Source of the DNA: Epithemia pelagica
Taxonomy: Eukaryota; Protista; Bacillariophyta
DNA length: 64,000 bases
Direction: 5' to 3'
Assembly: GCA_946965045.2 (NCBI GenBank)
Contig: OX337228.1
Span: 558,001 to 622,000 of the forward strand
Below, piece after piece: positions 35,975 through 48,214 of the stretch. Numbering within the stretch: the first letter of the stretch is position 1; the number at the start of each line of letters is the position of its first letter. The translations under genes and the position numbers were made by a program. The notes under the pieces were generated by a model. The model made no database searches and was not told where the DNA came from. It saw only the letters and a program-made list of their open reading frames with translations.

Positions 35975-36559
35975 ATGGCTCAATTCCTACCAACGGGAGG
36001 CGGGGACGCCCTGGGCGCATCCGATGCTGGCGATGCCGCAGCCGCCGACTCGGGTCAACCGTTGGATTTGATTCCCAAATTGGACAAGTCCCAGTGTTAT
36101 GCCAAAAATGAAGCGTCGGGGTTTCCCCTCGACAATTTGTTTGTCGGCGATTCCCGACTGGCCTTTCGGACCGATGCCGACGAACAAGCCATTGTGCATT
36201 TGGCCTTTAATGAATTTGTCAAGATTCATTCGATTCAATTCATTGCCTACAACAATGGCGTCGATCCCGAATTGAATCCCAGCAAGGTCCATTTGTATGT
36301 CAATCGCGAAAATTTGGGCTTTGAAGATTGCGACGATGTCGATCCCCAACAAACCTTGCATTTGACCAGTGAAGATTTGAAAGAAACCGCGTCGCCCCTG
36401 TCCCTCAAATATGTCTTGTACCAACGAGTGTCGTCTCTCACACTCTTTATTGAAGACAATCAAGGTGGGGAAATTACCGCACTCGGTGGCTTGAAACTCT
36501 GGGGACGACCCGTGGCTGGAACCAACATGGCCGATTTCAAAAGCCAACAAACCAAGTAG
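35975..36559 (+). CDS. PITH-domain protein
   Basis: 194 aa with TDADEQAIVHLAFNEFVKIHSI, L.YV.YQRVSSLTLFIEDNQG and LKLWG motifs typical of PITH (PITHD1/TXNL1 C-terminal) domains. Confidence 0.88.
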   Translation: MAQFLPTGGGDALGASDAGDAAAADSGQPLDLIPKLDKSQCYAKNEASGFPLDNLFVGDSRLAFRTDADEQAIVHLAFNEFVKIHSIQFIAYNNGVDPELNPSKVHLYVNRENLGFEDCDDVDPQQTLHLTSEDLKETASPLSLKYVLYQRVSSLTLFIEDNQGGEITALGGLKLWGRPVAGTNMADFKSQQTK

Positions 36560-37342
36560 TTGTCGTACGTCCCACAACGCCCAACACTCGAGCGACCCGG
36601 CTTTTCTTCTCGCGCATGTCCAACAACATGGCGCAAGAAGGAATGTGTGTGTAGGTACAACCAACACGCCATGTCGTGTTGGGAAACTTCCTCGTTTTGA
36701 ATATAGAATGGTGGACCTACCACGAAACTGTCAGCTCTAGAAAAGTAGGAGTTGATTCCAACGTGAATGAAGGAGATAGGATTGTAGTCTTCTTGTGTTT
36801 CAGGTCCAGTGGAACTGTGAGAGAAGGGCCCCGTATATCTATTATACAGACAATCTCATTCGTAGGATGCAAGATGGGAGAGTCGTCGTTGCTTTCGTGG
36901 CTCTTTTCGGGGCGGCTAGTAGAATAGGGGGAAAGAGACCCTCGTGGCGAACACAAGGATGATGAACTCTCTCTATGCCGTCGAACGGAACCTACATTCA
37001 GTTTCGCGTCCTCTGCTCTTCCCGACTACCTAGGTAGGCCACATCATCTCTCTACAACAAAATAGGGAGAGACCATCTTGGCGACGACGATCTAGGTAGG
37101 TAGATGTCATTGCACGTGAACATCCATAGTAGACCATAGAGTCTATTCTTTCACACTCTATCTACTATCCAGAAACAGGACAGAGGTAGTATTAGAATCT
37201 AGGAGTAATACCAATAGAATCCGGCCATTGCTACAAAAGCTGCATCCATCCAATACCAAACAACGGTCCCAGACCATTGTAAACGACTGGATGGCAATGG
37301 CCAAGGGTCGAATGGCAGGAAAGCAAAAATGGTAAAACTTCA

Positions 37343-37414
37343 AGCTGACGCCCAGGATTGAACTGGGGATCTTTTGATTACAAGTCAAATGCGTTACCAC
37401 TGCGCCACGCCAGC
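37343..37414 (-). tRNA. tRNA-Thr (anticodon UGU)
   Basis: GCTGGCG/CGTCAGC acceptor stem, TGGCGCAGTGGT D-arm/A-box, TTTGA-CTTGTAA-TCAAA anticodon arm, GTTCAATCC T-arm/B-box; T-runs downstream. Confidence 0.95.
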
Positions 37415-38042
37415 GTTCCCTTTGCATGGTTTTTTGGTAATTTATTCTTTGTTTTTTTCATTTTGGTTGCATTTTCTGTGGCATAATTTTCTGGAAAAGC
37501 GGTAACACAAACGGATTTGGACATCCACGACATAGTTACTATCGACGAATCAGTAATTTCAAATTCAACGGTTGGCACACTGATTTCGGTCCGTTGCGTT
37601 TTCGCTCTTGTTCTGAGAAAACGACGTGCTGGGTGCGTGCCGCAACAAGGAAATCTTTCTTGGATCGTTTTGTACCGCATTGTTGGATTGCTTCGTGGAA
37701 AGTTGTTGGCACAACGCATCGTATATACACAAGAGTGTGTGCATTCGTTCACCTTTGTTCGTTCAATTCTCGTTGTCGAAGTAGCACAGCAATAACAAGA
37801 GCAATCTTTCAGAAGGAAAAAAGGAAGAGCGCATTGAACTCTGAGAAAAATCCCTCTCGATTCTTGCCTTTTCTCACCGCGTGTTGTTACTTTCTCGTCG
37901 TCGTCGTTGCGAGTGTATTATACATACAACAACAACTATTCCGATTCCGAGCAGTATTGCCATTCAACTGCCTTGATTGTTGAATCCACGAGAAGAAGAA
38001 AAAGAAGAAGAAGAACATTTCTTCGTATTATTATTCACCACC

Positions 38043-40213
38043 ATGCAAGCCAATCCGTTTGATCAGTTTGCCACCGACATGAGTGCCGCTGTTCCAGGCG
38101 CTCCTCCTCCATCCTTTGCGGCACCACCACCGGCCGCTGGACAAGCACCGTCCTTTGCCATGGGGGGAGCTCCACCACCGACGCAACCACCTCCACCCGC
38201 TGGTGGCGGCATGTATGGAGCTCCTCCTCCTCCCATGGCGCCAGGTGGTGCTCCTCCTCCTCCCATGGCCGGTGGTGCTCCTCCCTTTGGTGCTGCGCCT
38301 CCACCACCAGCCGGTGGTGCTCCCTTTGGGGCCGCTCCTCCTCCTCCTCCTGGCGGCATGTATGGTCAGCCACCTCCTCCGGCCGCACCAGCTCCTGATC
38401 TAGGAGCTCCTCCGGCCGCTGCTCCTCCCAGTAATGATCCCTTTGGTGGCTTTGGGGCCATGCCAGGAGCTCCTCCTCCAGCTGCGGCGGCTCCCGAAGT
38501 GGCGGCTCCTCCTCCAGCAGCTCCTCAAGACAATCCCTTTGGTGCTGGAGCTCCTCCTCCTCCAGCCGCAGCTCCTCCCATGGGGGGTCCTCCTCCTCCG
38601 GGAGGAGCTCCTCCAGCCTTTGGAGCACCACCGGAAATGGGGGGACCTCCACCACCAGCTGCTGCTGCCGATCCTTTTGGCGGCGGTGCTCCACCACAAC
38701 CCTATGGAGCTCCACCTCCTCCGCAACCCGGTATGGCCCCCGCTCCGCCGCAACAACCCGGCATGCCTCCTGCTGCACCGGGTGCCATTGTTCCAGCCGA
38801 GACGCAATCCAATCCGTACGCCATGGCACCACCTCCACCACAACAGCAGCCTCAAGCAGCTCCCTATCCGGCCCAACCCAGTCCCTTTGGAGCTCCTGGG
38901 GCTCCTCCTCCTCCCGCCTATCCAGGGGCACCAGGATATCCACCGCAACAACCAGCGGCACCCCCGGTCGATCCCTTTTCGGTCTTTGAAGCCCAATCGG
39001 CGGCACCACCGGCCGCCGTCGATCCCAATGCCGGTGCCATGGTTCCTGTCGGTCCGCCCGGATCCTCCGTCTTGACGGCTGCCCCGGCTCCGGCCGCAGC
39101 GGACGATGATTTTTGGGGTGCCTTTTCGGCCACACCGGCTCCCGCCGCGGCGGCCGCCGCCGCCGACAGTGTCCAATACAATGATGCCACGACGGCGAAT
39201 GCTGCTCCCAGTGCCAGTGGCGGCGCTGCGCCCCATTCGGACGAATTGCCGCCCGGTGGGGAATGGTACGATGCCCGGATTTTTACCCCCACTCTCGGCG
39301 TCATGTTTTTTAAACCACAAGAATTGACCGATTCGCTCTTTTTGAATACCGACAAGTCCTTGGTTGATGGCTTGAGTGAACGACCGGTGGTGGCCTTTAT
39401 TGTCGAAGGCTCGTCGGCCCGATCCGCGGGCGTGGAATTGGGCCATGTCTTGCTCAAGGTCAATGGCGTGGATGTCAAGAATCCCAAGGAAGCCTCCCGG
39501 CTCATCAAGGAAGGACCACGACCCTTGCCCCTCTTGTTTTATGTCCCCAATACCGAAGTGGTGGTGGCCGAAGGCGAACACATGGTCAAGTACGATACCC
39601 GAGAAACGACGGCGCCCAATTCTGCCAAGGATTGGAAACCCAAATATGTCGTGATTGGAGGCATTATTGCCCAACCCTGGATGATGAACATGTATCGGTC
39701 CAAGGTATGTGTGTTATTATTGTTGTTGACTTGTTGTGTCGAGGGAGATAGTCTTGTTGTGTCGGTTGTTTGGGAATGGATGCTCACGTAGTATTATTGG
39801 TTTCCTGCGTTTCTTTCTTGCTTCAGTCCGAATACGACATTGCCGTGATTGAAACCCAAGCTCGTCGACCCGTTTCCGTCAAGGTGAAGCAATTTTCCTT
39901 GCAAGGCGCTCGGATTCAAAACGATTGGCAAGGTCCGCAAATGGTCAAGTACAAGAACAAGTTGCATCCCTGGAAATACATTGTCGTTTTGCCCGTGGCC
40001 CGAAATCCAATCAAGATTTCCAGTCCCAATTTGGCCTCTCTCAAACCCGTCCACGAAGGCATTCGCCGCGTCTTGCTCGCCCAACAACGGGATCGAGGTG
40101 CCAAACCACGGGATCATCATCATCACCAGCAGCATGCCAATGGGGGTGCACCACCGCCACAACAACCACAAGCTGCCTATGGCGCTCAACCCAATGCGCA
40201 ATATAGGTACTAA
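38043..40213 (+). CDS. Proline-rich protein with PDZ-like domain and conserved C-terminal region (~682 aa, two exons)
   Basis: ATG 38043 (MQANPFDQF). ~350 aa of Pro/Ala/Gly repeats with NPF/DPF motifs, then LGVMF...VEGSSARSAGVELGHVLLKVNGVDV (PDZ-like). Intron 39705-39826 joins in frame (YRSK|SEYD). Confidence 0.75.
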
Positions 40214-40829
40214 CAAGGCACTCTCTCCCCAAACCCCATCACCCACACCCACACACAATAGTACCTCCTCATGACTCGCGCGTCATGGTTCACACACCCT
40301 TTCTCAAGAATACAAAACGACACGAAAGAACCCATTCCCTCCAAAACGGTTTGCCGTATGTGTGACTCCTTGGTTGGACTCCACACAGACCACCTTTTTG
40401 GTGGGGTGAATTCTTTATCTTTTTGTTTGTACACGTCATTCTCATTACAGTAATACGAATACTACTACCTAGGACATGGAAAAAATCTCAAATGCACAAA
40501 AAGTTTCCATTTGGGGAGAGTCTCGACCGTAGAGTCCTTGTAGGGTCTCGCACCAGTAGGTGGGTCGCCTCGAGAGATGTACGCGTGTGTCGTTGTTGTT
40601 GTTGCGCTGGAGAAATTCAGGCGATTGTTGCATGTGATTGAGAGTCGAGTATCGTCTCTCTGGAGAGGTGTTTCGCCTCTCGACCTTTACTAGAGCGGAA
40701 TGACGAGGAAACTATAATTCATCGTCAGCATGACAACAACAACAACAACAACACACAGCGTACCAGTACCATCCCTCTCTTGCTTGCACTCTACCTATCG
40801 TATTATTTGTAATTTGTGCCTCGACTCTA

Positions 40830-40901
40830 TAGGAGTAGCTATTCCTTGCTACCTACCTAGCTAGGAGTAGAACATTTCTCTACTAGTAATAGCTACTCCT
40901 A
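40830..40901. repeat. 14-bp perfect inverted repeat (TAGGAGTAGCTATT), possibly a TA-flanked mini-MITE
   Basis: Arms at 40830-40843 and 40888-40901. Confidence 0.55.
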
Positions 40902-41344
40902 GTAGAATAGATGTGGCCGTTTCATTCCCAATCTGATCTGGTTTCTGTGGTTGCCATGAAGGGGCATTGAATTGACTTCCACGGGTTCACCCGGTGTTCT
41001 ATGTTTCTATGGTGGTACAATAGAAAGAAACGGTTGCGGTTCATATGATATGGTCTATCGTCGTCTCTCGTTGGCGGAGGTGACGGCCAAGAGTCGACTA
41101 CGAAAATGTTCCGCGACGCAAACGCGTTGTGAGTCTTCCCCCCAAAAAGGAATACTTGAACCTTCTCAAGTTGATCCTATCGACATTACCACCGATTATA
41201 TATCCGTAATAAGACAAAGAGAATGCTCAGCTTTACTCTCCTTCGTATTCTAGTGTTCCAACACACACAAGTGTTCTTCTCAAGGGCCGAAACGACACGT
41301 TGGTAAATGTTGTCCAATACTCGGAATCACACAGAATCCAGGCG

Positions 41345-43290
41345 CTAGAAACTTTTCTTTTGCATCAACATGGTCAACTGCTTGCTAACAATGGCTTGTA
41401 ACTTCTCAGGCGATCTGGTTTCCTTGTTATGCTTTTCGAGTGATCCCAAGTCACTCAGAAATAATTCGCCTTTGGAATCTACGAGCACGTGTCGCCAGCG
41501 AATGTCGTCATTTTTATACCGATAGCCTTGTTCGGCAAATCGATACAATTCTTCTTCCAACTTTTGTGTGATGGCATCGCGATTCTGGACCTGCTTTCCA
41601 TAGGGCATGACCAAACAAGGGCGTCCAGCCAGATCCACCACATTGACATGAGGAAAGCGATCCTGGTAGAGCTCTCGCCAACGGTCAGCCTCCCCTTTTG
41701 CCATATCTCGAAGACTCTCAATCTCCTCGTTTTCCTCCTTTTCTCTAGCCTGGTTGGTGGACTTTTGGGAAGGACGGACGTGGTAACTCTTCAACGCGCA
41801 AACGCGGCAACTGGAATTGCAGGCAAGAATCACCGATGCATGGCTCCCAACTCCCAGTTCTCCCAAAAGGTAGAATGTCTGCGACGAAGGATCCGGAAAA
41901 TCCTGGAGATTGGCAGTGAACGCTTTCTTCTTTTTCCCCGTCGGATGGTACAAAGGTGTCTTGATCCAAGTGTAGTAGTCCTTGCCAATCTTGAACACAA
42001 CCCTATCTCCCAGAGACTCACCATGGCTAATGTCTGGGATTTGAGTAGCAACATTGGACTCAACTTTTTGGTAAGCCATTTCAATGGCTTGCAGAAGAAC
42101 AGGAAAGACATGTCCATTCTCAAACACTTCTGAGTAATAAACAACTCGGTCCACCTCTTTTTCTTCGTAAGCCTTCCTCTTAGTGTCATTGGCGTCTTGC
42201 AAGAGGTGTGAGACAGTAACGCTCTCGCGAATTGGGCTAGTGATCTGGTCTTCGCACTTTTCAGCAACTTGTTGCACTCTATCCGGTGGCGCTTCGTTGG
42301 AAGAAAGTGTTTCCTCTACATCTTTCACAATTTTCGCATGTGCAGCGTCATTGGCGAAGCTTTCCAATGACGCGAGAGCAATCTTGTTGTACGTCATGAC
42401 TGCTCCAAGGGGTTGCTGGATGCCTGTGCTTCTCATTGCCAGCAAGTAGGACCAGATCTGGCCGCTGGTGTTCTCCGATGTAAAGACCTGATCGTTGTGG
42501 TTTCCATATCGCGCATCCGGACTCTTCACTTCAACGGCAAATATGATCTTTCCCTTGATTCGAAGGACAAGGACAATGTCTGGTTTCATCAAGAAAATTG
42601 AAATCTCCGTTGACACACGAGCTTGACGTAGCTTTAAACATCTGCAAGCATCATTGATCATACTCACGCACAACCGTTGAACCCCGAATTCGTTAGCGTA
42701 TTCGAAACCAAGAGTTTCGAAATAGTCGGCTCCCAAGACACTTGGAATCAGTGCATTATTAGCTCGGACGGGAATGCGAACGTGAGATGGATGCACATAG
42801 TGCTCTGTACGGACCTCAATCTTGGCCTTTGGAATTTGTAGAAACCCATTGCGAAACGTTTGTTTCTCCTTGTCAAAATAGCTGATTTTTCGGGAGTTTC
42901 CAGAGACACTGGGTTTTACGGCATTGTTTAAGATCAGAGGAGGAAGACAAAAGTTTTTCTTCGGATCAAGGTATGTTTGCTCGATGGATGTTCGCTCAAG
43001 GTCTCGGGCTGCATCGGTTTTTGCTTTCAGTTTCAAGTTTTCCTCATCTTTTGCTGCATATGCGGCTTTTATTCGATCCATTTCTATTTTCTCGCGCAAT
43101 GTATATATTTTTAAATGTAGATCTTTTATATCGTCAAGGACACCACGAATATCACTAGTGAGCAACCCCCGTGTCTGTGCCTCGCTCCAAAGCTCTTGAT
43201 ACAGTTTCTGTTTCTTGCCATCTCCTCCACCTCGCCGTCGCCTGGGTTATCTTCTTCTCGCTTGCGTTTTGCCCTACTTGCTTCGCTCAT
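41345..43290 (-). CDS. Nuclease-kinase (Crinkler-like) family gene, copy 3; catalytic motifs intact but 5' header frameshifted
   Basis: KPD...VEVK (PD-ExK) and NDDIRWRH...SDLG present. The header ATG at 43290 is out of frame because of a 1-nt deletion at ~43215 (ATGGCAAGAAA vs ATGGCAAAGAAA in copy 1). First in-frame ATG is 43081. Stop TAG lies just upstream of the ...LDSV* end shared with copy 2. Confidence 0.8.
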
Positions 43291-45296
43291 AATGGCAGTT
43301 GTTCTTGTGCCAGTCGGATCGCAAGGCTCAACCTCCAACGTTTGCTGCTGCGGAGAAGAAGGTTGGTGTCTATCTACTACAACCACGCACAGTGTGCTGT
43401 GTGTGTGTGGTGTGTGGCCTCTGGCCTCTTCCCCTTGCTCCCCAAATCCCGAATATGCCTAGCGATTGGGTGTGTGTGTGCGTGGGGGGGCTCTCCCAGT
43501 TTAATTTCGTGGAGCCACCCCCTTCTCTTCTACTAAAGGGCTGGCATATTTTTTTCATTTCCTCCACCACGATCACAACACGACAACCAAACTTTGTTGT
43601 TGCTGGTGACCTCCTATGGCCACCCCTTCATCATCCGACCATCGTGTGCTTCACATGAGTACCATGGTAGTGCATCGTGAAGGGCACAGTGCATGAGTGC
43701 CACTCTAGCAAAAGGTGAAATATAGTGACCATGTAAGACGGCACCACACGAGACCATGTTGTCGCAAAACTACATGAGAGAAGCTGTTTTGCCATCAACA
43801 AGCTACGTAACTACTACTGTTCTGTATGTTGTGTTCAACAAGTGTCCAAAGTTGCAAGATACGTATCACATTGCCCCTTTGAGTTGCTTCGTTCGAAAAT
43901 GTGAGACGTCGCTTCCGTATACCTGTGCCACGAGGCATGGAGCCGCTGAGTCTGATCCATGATGGCCTCACCTTCAAATTTTGGCCCTACAGATGCATCC
44001 TACACTATTGGTTTGAGGTCTATGACACGGCCGACAGGTTCGAAGTGCCAAAAAAGGTGCACAACAACCAGTGCAACACATGGCCCGTGTTGTTCTCGCG
44101 ATGGCCGGAATGAGTTATGCCGGCCCTCTACAATAGAAACAGGTTATTTTTGGACCAGAGGGATGGGGGTGGTTCACCCCAACATTAAACCCTCAAAACC
44201 ACCCCCGCTCGCTAGAGGGTGGTGCACCCATCCCTTAGGAACAAAATGCTTGGGTAGCTTCGCAAGACTCTCGCTCGATCGCTTCTCGGTCGTCGAAACA
44301 GAGTCATTCCCGCAACAAACTCGATTCGTGCCGAGCGTCCTCATGGACACCCAAGCGAGCCGACTCTCCACGACCAAAGACCAAAGCGTTCATCTTTATT
44401 ATCTCCTTCGGCCGCGCGTGCGTGCTGTGGGGTACATGCACCGCATGCCGCATGACCATGATCATGCGCACATGATGCCGCCTGCGTGCAGCGCAACGTT
44501 CGACCAACTCGTGTCAAGGATTCGATTACATATTGTAGCCCAATATTTTTCTAGAGTTCGTCGTTCGGCTATTTTTATTTTTCTCATCCTCTCTCTCTTT
44601 TCGTTGCGACTTTCGTCGTCCATTGTCGTGAACCAGAGGTAGGCCATTGTGGTGTTGTGGTCTTCTGTGTTGTTGTGAGGGGTTGTTCCGAAAGTCTCCT
44701 AAAGGATTTCCTTCTCTTTGCTGTGGTGTTGTCGCTCTATCGATTCCGATTCGTAGTATCTATTATTATTCTCGTAGTGCACGTGAGAGCCGAATCGGAA
44801 TCTCCAGTGACGATACGCAGAACAATCCGCAGTGTGAGTTGCCTATTTTTGACAAGTCATCCTCCACAACAACACACTACTACTACTACTACTAAAGAGC
44901 GAGAAACCAAAAAGGTGGGTCTCGATTGTCCATGTCCCTGGTTCTTGGTGTGTGTCATACACAGTGTAACTCTTGTCGTCGCGGTCCGCATTGGAACACA
45001 ATCTCGTTGTTGTTGTGTTGTGGTTGTTCCGGAGATGCCACCACTGCCTGCCAGAATGAAACACAGTTGGTCTCACACGGATTGTGAATGATGATTATTC
45101 TTATTCTTTGTGGCATGCTCCTCTCGTTTGTCTGTATGTATTTTTTGTGTTGTTGTTTTGTTTGGTGGACGTCTTGTTTCTGGTCGCAGGCTCGGATACA
45201 GACACATAGACTCTTTATATCGCAATCTACAGTGGCCACGACCAACGACTCCCAAAGAAGGAGAACACGAGCAATTCACAACAGTAGTACTACACT

Positions 45297-47333
45297 ATGG
45301 ACCGCACGAGTTCCTTTTCCTTGTTGCATTTGTTGGGCGAAGGGTCCTTTGGGGCCGTCTACAAGGCCCATCACAAGGCCACGGGTGCCATTGTCGCCGT
45401 CAAGGTGTTGCAACAACAGGGTGTCGCCGAAGATGAAAAAATCAAGGGCGAAATTGATATCCTGAGTCGTTGCGACTCGCCCTACATTGTCGGATACTTT
45501 GAATGCTTTATCCAGGCACCCCACGATGCCGCTAATCTCAAGGCATCCTCCTCGGCTCCGGCCTCGGCCGAAATGTGGATTGTCATGGAATATTGCGAAG
45601 GCGGGAGCATGACGGATTTGATTGAAGCCATTGCCGGATATACCTTGCCGGAAGATTGCATTCGCGCCGTGTGTGCCAGTATTGTGCTGGGCTTGGAATA
45701 TTTGCATGGTGTCGCGGCTGTCTGTCATCGCGACATTAAATGTGGCAATGTCTTGCTCACGACCAATGGGCATGTCAAGCTGGCCGATTTTGGGGTGAGT
45801 GCCGAATTGACCAATACACTCAACAAACGCAAAACGGTTGTGGGATCGCCCTATTGGATGGCGCCCGAAGTGATACGGGAATCGCATTACGATGGCCGGG
45901 CCGATGTGTGGAGTTTGGGCATTACGGCCATTGAATTGGCCGAAGGGGCGCCGCCGCATGCCAATTTGCATCCCCTTCGCGCCATTTTTGTCATTCCCAC
46001 CAAACCGGCTCCGACGCTGGCCGATCCCGACAATTGGTCGCCCGAAATGCTCGACTTTGTCCGGTGTTGTTGCCAAAAAGATGCCTCTCAACGACACGAT
46101 TCCGCACTCTTGTCCAGTCATCCCTTTATCAAACAAGATGTCCTCGCCCTCCGGGCCATGCATCGATCGTCGCAAGATCCACATCACAACAATACCAATA
46201 CTAATACGACCTTGGTGCCACCCACCTCCAAGGATGTTCTCAACAAGTACAAGCGCTTGGCCGATACGGAACCCACCTTGGGATTGTTGGCCATTCGACG
46301 GGTCATGAAACGATTGGCGCCCCGCATGAAGGCCCTCAAGGCCAAACGAGGCAAGGCAGCCGCGGCCGCTGCGGCCAATCACAATTGGCAGCCGCAACCT
46401 AACAACAATAATGGCAACATGCCAGCGCGACCACCACAACAAGCACAACCAGGCGGTCATCATGAACGACACTACAGCAATCAAAGTAGTAGCAACAACA
46501 GCGAGGCCTATTCTTCCGATCCTGGTTCCAACAATAACAATCCTAAAAACGAAACCAGTCCCTTGCACATTCGACCCGAAAATGGAGATTCCTTGGGCAG
46601 TCAACAAACGGCTACCAGTGGAAGTGTCCCCTACGAATCCATGCCCGATCCCCAAAGCACGGTACGGGCCTCCGCCGGGCAACCATCCCAAGCTTCCGGA
46701 GCCGCCGCAAATCCAACGTCGTCGTCCACGTCGGAATGGTTAACTCCCGAGTCGCAACAATACCAAATGCCAGCTCCCCTCTTGGTCTTGGACGAATTGG
46801 AACCGGAATTGGCCAAGGATGTCCAATTGCAAGAAGAATTGCAACACTTGTCTCATGCCTTTAGCGCCTGTTTGGAATCTCTTCGGACGACCCATGCCAT
46901 GGCGCAACAAAAATTGATTGCTCAAGCTCGATTGCGACATCCGGCCGTCCCCCTCGATGTGGCCGAATTGATGGAAACGGCCGCCTTGCAATATTCTCAT
47001 CAAGAATGGGCCCAACGGGCCATGAATCAAGCCGTTTCCCGCGCCGAAAATTCATCCGACCTACGATCCGTCTTGCAACAAGAACATTTGAAACAAACCG
47101 AACCACCATCATCCCAAGAACAAGCACAATCCTGGAATCCCGAACAAGCCGTGTCGTCCTCCAAACCAGTGCCCGTCGTGGGACTGCGGCACGACCACCA
47201 AGTATCGTCCCTGTCACAGTCCAATCACAGCACCAGGAGTCAGAATAGCAAGAGACCCAATGGGAACAACAAGAACAATAACTCGGGACGAGCCTTGTCG
47301 TCGTCGTCCTCCCATTCCAGAGTTTCGCAATAG
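45297..47333 (+). CDS. STE20-family Ser/Thr kinase, MST1/2 (Hippo/STK3/4)-like
   Basis: GEGSFG, VAVK, HRDIKCGN, DFG and TVVGSPYWMAPEVI, plus the MST1/2-type segment HPLRAIFVIPTKPAPT; long low-complexity tail containing a coiled-coil helix. Confidence 0.9.
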   Translation: MDRTSSFSLLHLLGEGSFGAVYKAHHKATGAIVAVKVLQQQGVAEDEKIKGEIDILSRCDSPYIVGYFECFIQAPHDAANLKASSSAPASAEMWIVMEYCEGGSMTDLIEAIAGYTLPEDCIRAVCASIVLGLEYLHGVAAVCHRDIKCGNVLLTTNGHVKLADFGVSAELTNTLNKRKTVVGSPYWMAPEVIRESHYDGRADVWSLGITAIELAEGAPPHANLHPLRAIFVIPTKPAPTLADPDNWSPEMLDFVRCCCQKDASQRHDSALLSSHPFIKQDVLALRAMHRSSQDPHHNNTNTNTTLVPPTSKDVLNKYKRLADTEPTLGLLAIRRVMKRLAPRMKALKAKRGKAAAAAAANHNWQPQPNNNNGNMPARPPQQAQPGGHHERHYSNQSSSNNSEAYSSDPGSNNNNPKNETSPLHIRPENGDSLGSQQTATSGSVPYESMPDPQSTVRASAGQPSQASGAAANPTSSSTSEWLTPESQQYQMPAPLLVLDELEPELAKDVQLQEELQHLSHAFSACLESLRTTHAMAQQKLIAQARLRHPAVPLDVAELMETAALQYSHQEWAQRAMNQAVSRAENSSDLRSVLQQEHLKQTEPPSSQEQAQSWNPEQAVSSSKPVPVVGLRHDHQVSSLSQSNHSTRSQNSKRPNGNNKNNNSGRALSSSSSHSRVSQ

Positions 47334-48214
47334 ATGATCCAACACGAGCCATGTGTGTGAAGACTGCCGGATCAAAGGATGAATGGGGAAGCACACGTTG
47401 GAACCAAGGGGTCGAACGAATGAACGAACGCACCAACACACTGACCCATACACACACACACATGTTATGGGGGTACACTCTATAGAAACTGATTGACATG
47501 ATGAAGGAACAAACACACCTAAGACGATCTACCATTGGATATAGTATAGAACCTTGTACTTCCCTACCTACTCCAACTAGCTCTAGTAGAGGTAGGCGGA
47601 GCTTGATTGGTAGGGGTTTGGCAATGGAAGTTGATTCACTGAAGGAATGATCCATAGACTGTGCCATTGAATATCATATAGAACCAGACGATTCCCACCT
47701 TTCTTGTACTTCCTTTTACCTTAATAGGATTAGGCGCATCCACGAGCATCGAATAGTGTGGATGGGGTCGATGAAGGAGTCTTCTACGAGTTCATGTCTA
47801 CCTATCTACTACCTATCTACGTCCAGGTAGAGGTTCCGTCCGACCGACGTCCGTCTTGGGCGTGACAGCAATCCGTTCGACGTGCGTGTTTTGTCTGTCA
47901 TGCGTCCGTACTCGCGCAGGACCCAGCGGTTGTGCCCGCTCGCTCGCACTTTGTTTACGTTTGCCTTCTCCGAGTTTCATGGACGCCGCACGGACGATGC
48001 ACCTGCATTCCATCGGAACTGTAGAGTGTAATAGTACAACTGTACGTTCTCAAAGTACAGTGGTCGCCACATACTTCATTCGCCTCTCTCCAACAAAGAA
48101 CCCTCACAAAAACAGTTCCAGCGCGTGGCAGAAGCGAGGAGAATCTTTGGGTCTCATTGTCGTCGTCGCACCTCGTCGTGGATCATTGTGTGAACGAGAA
48201 ACCAACCAACCACC

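Noticed and set aside
43640-44900. ORF 43959-44642 and a 9-bp inverted repeat at ~44159-44238
   Set aside because: No recognisable domain or coding-like codon pattern; the inverted repeat is too short and lacks a TSD.
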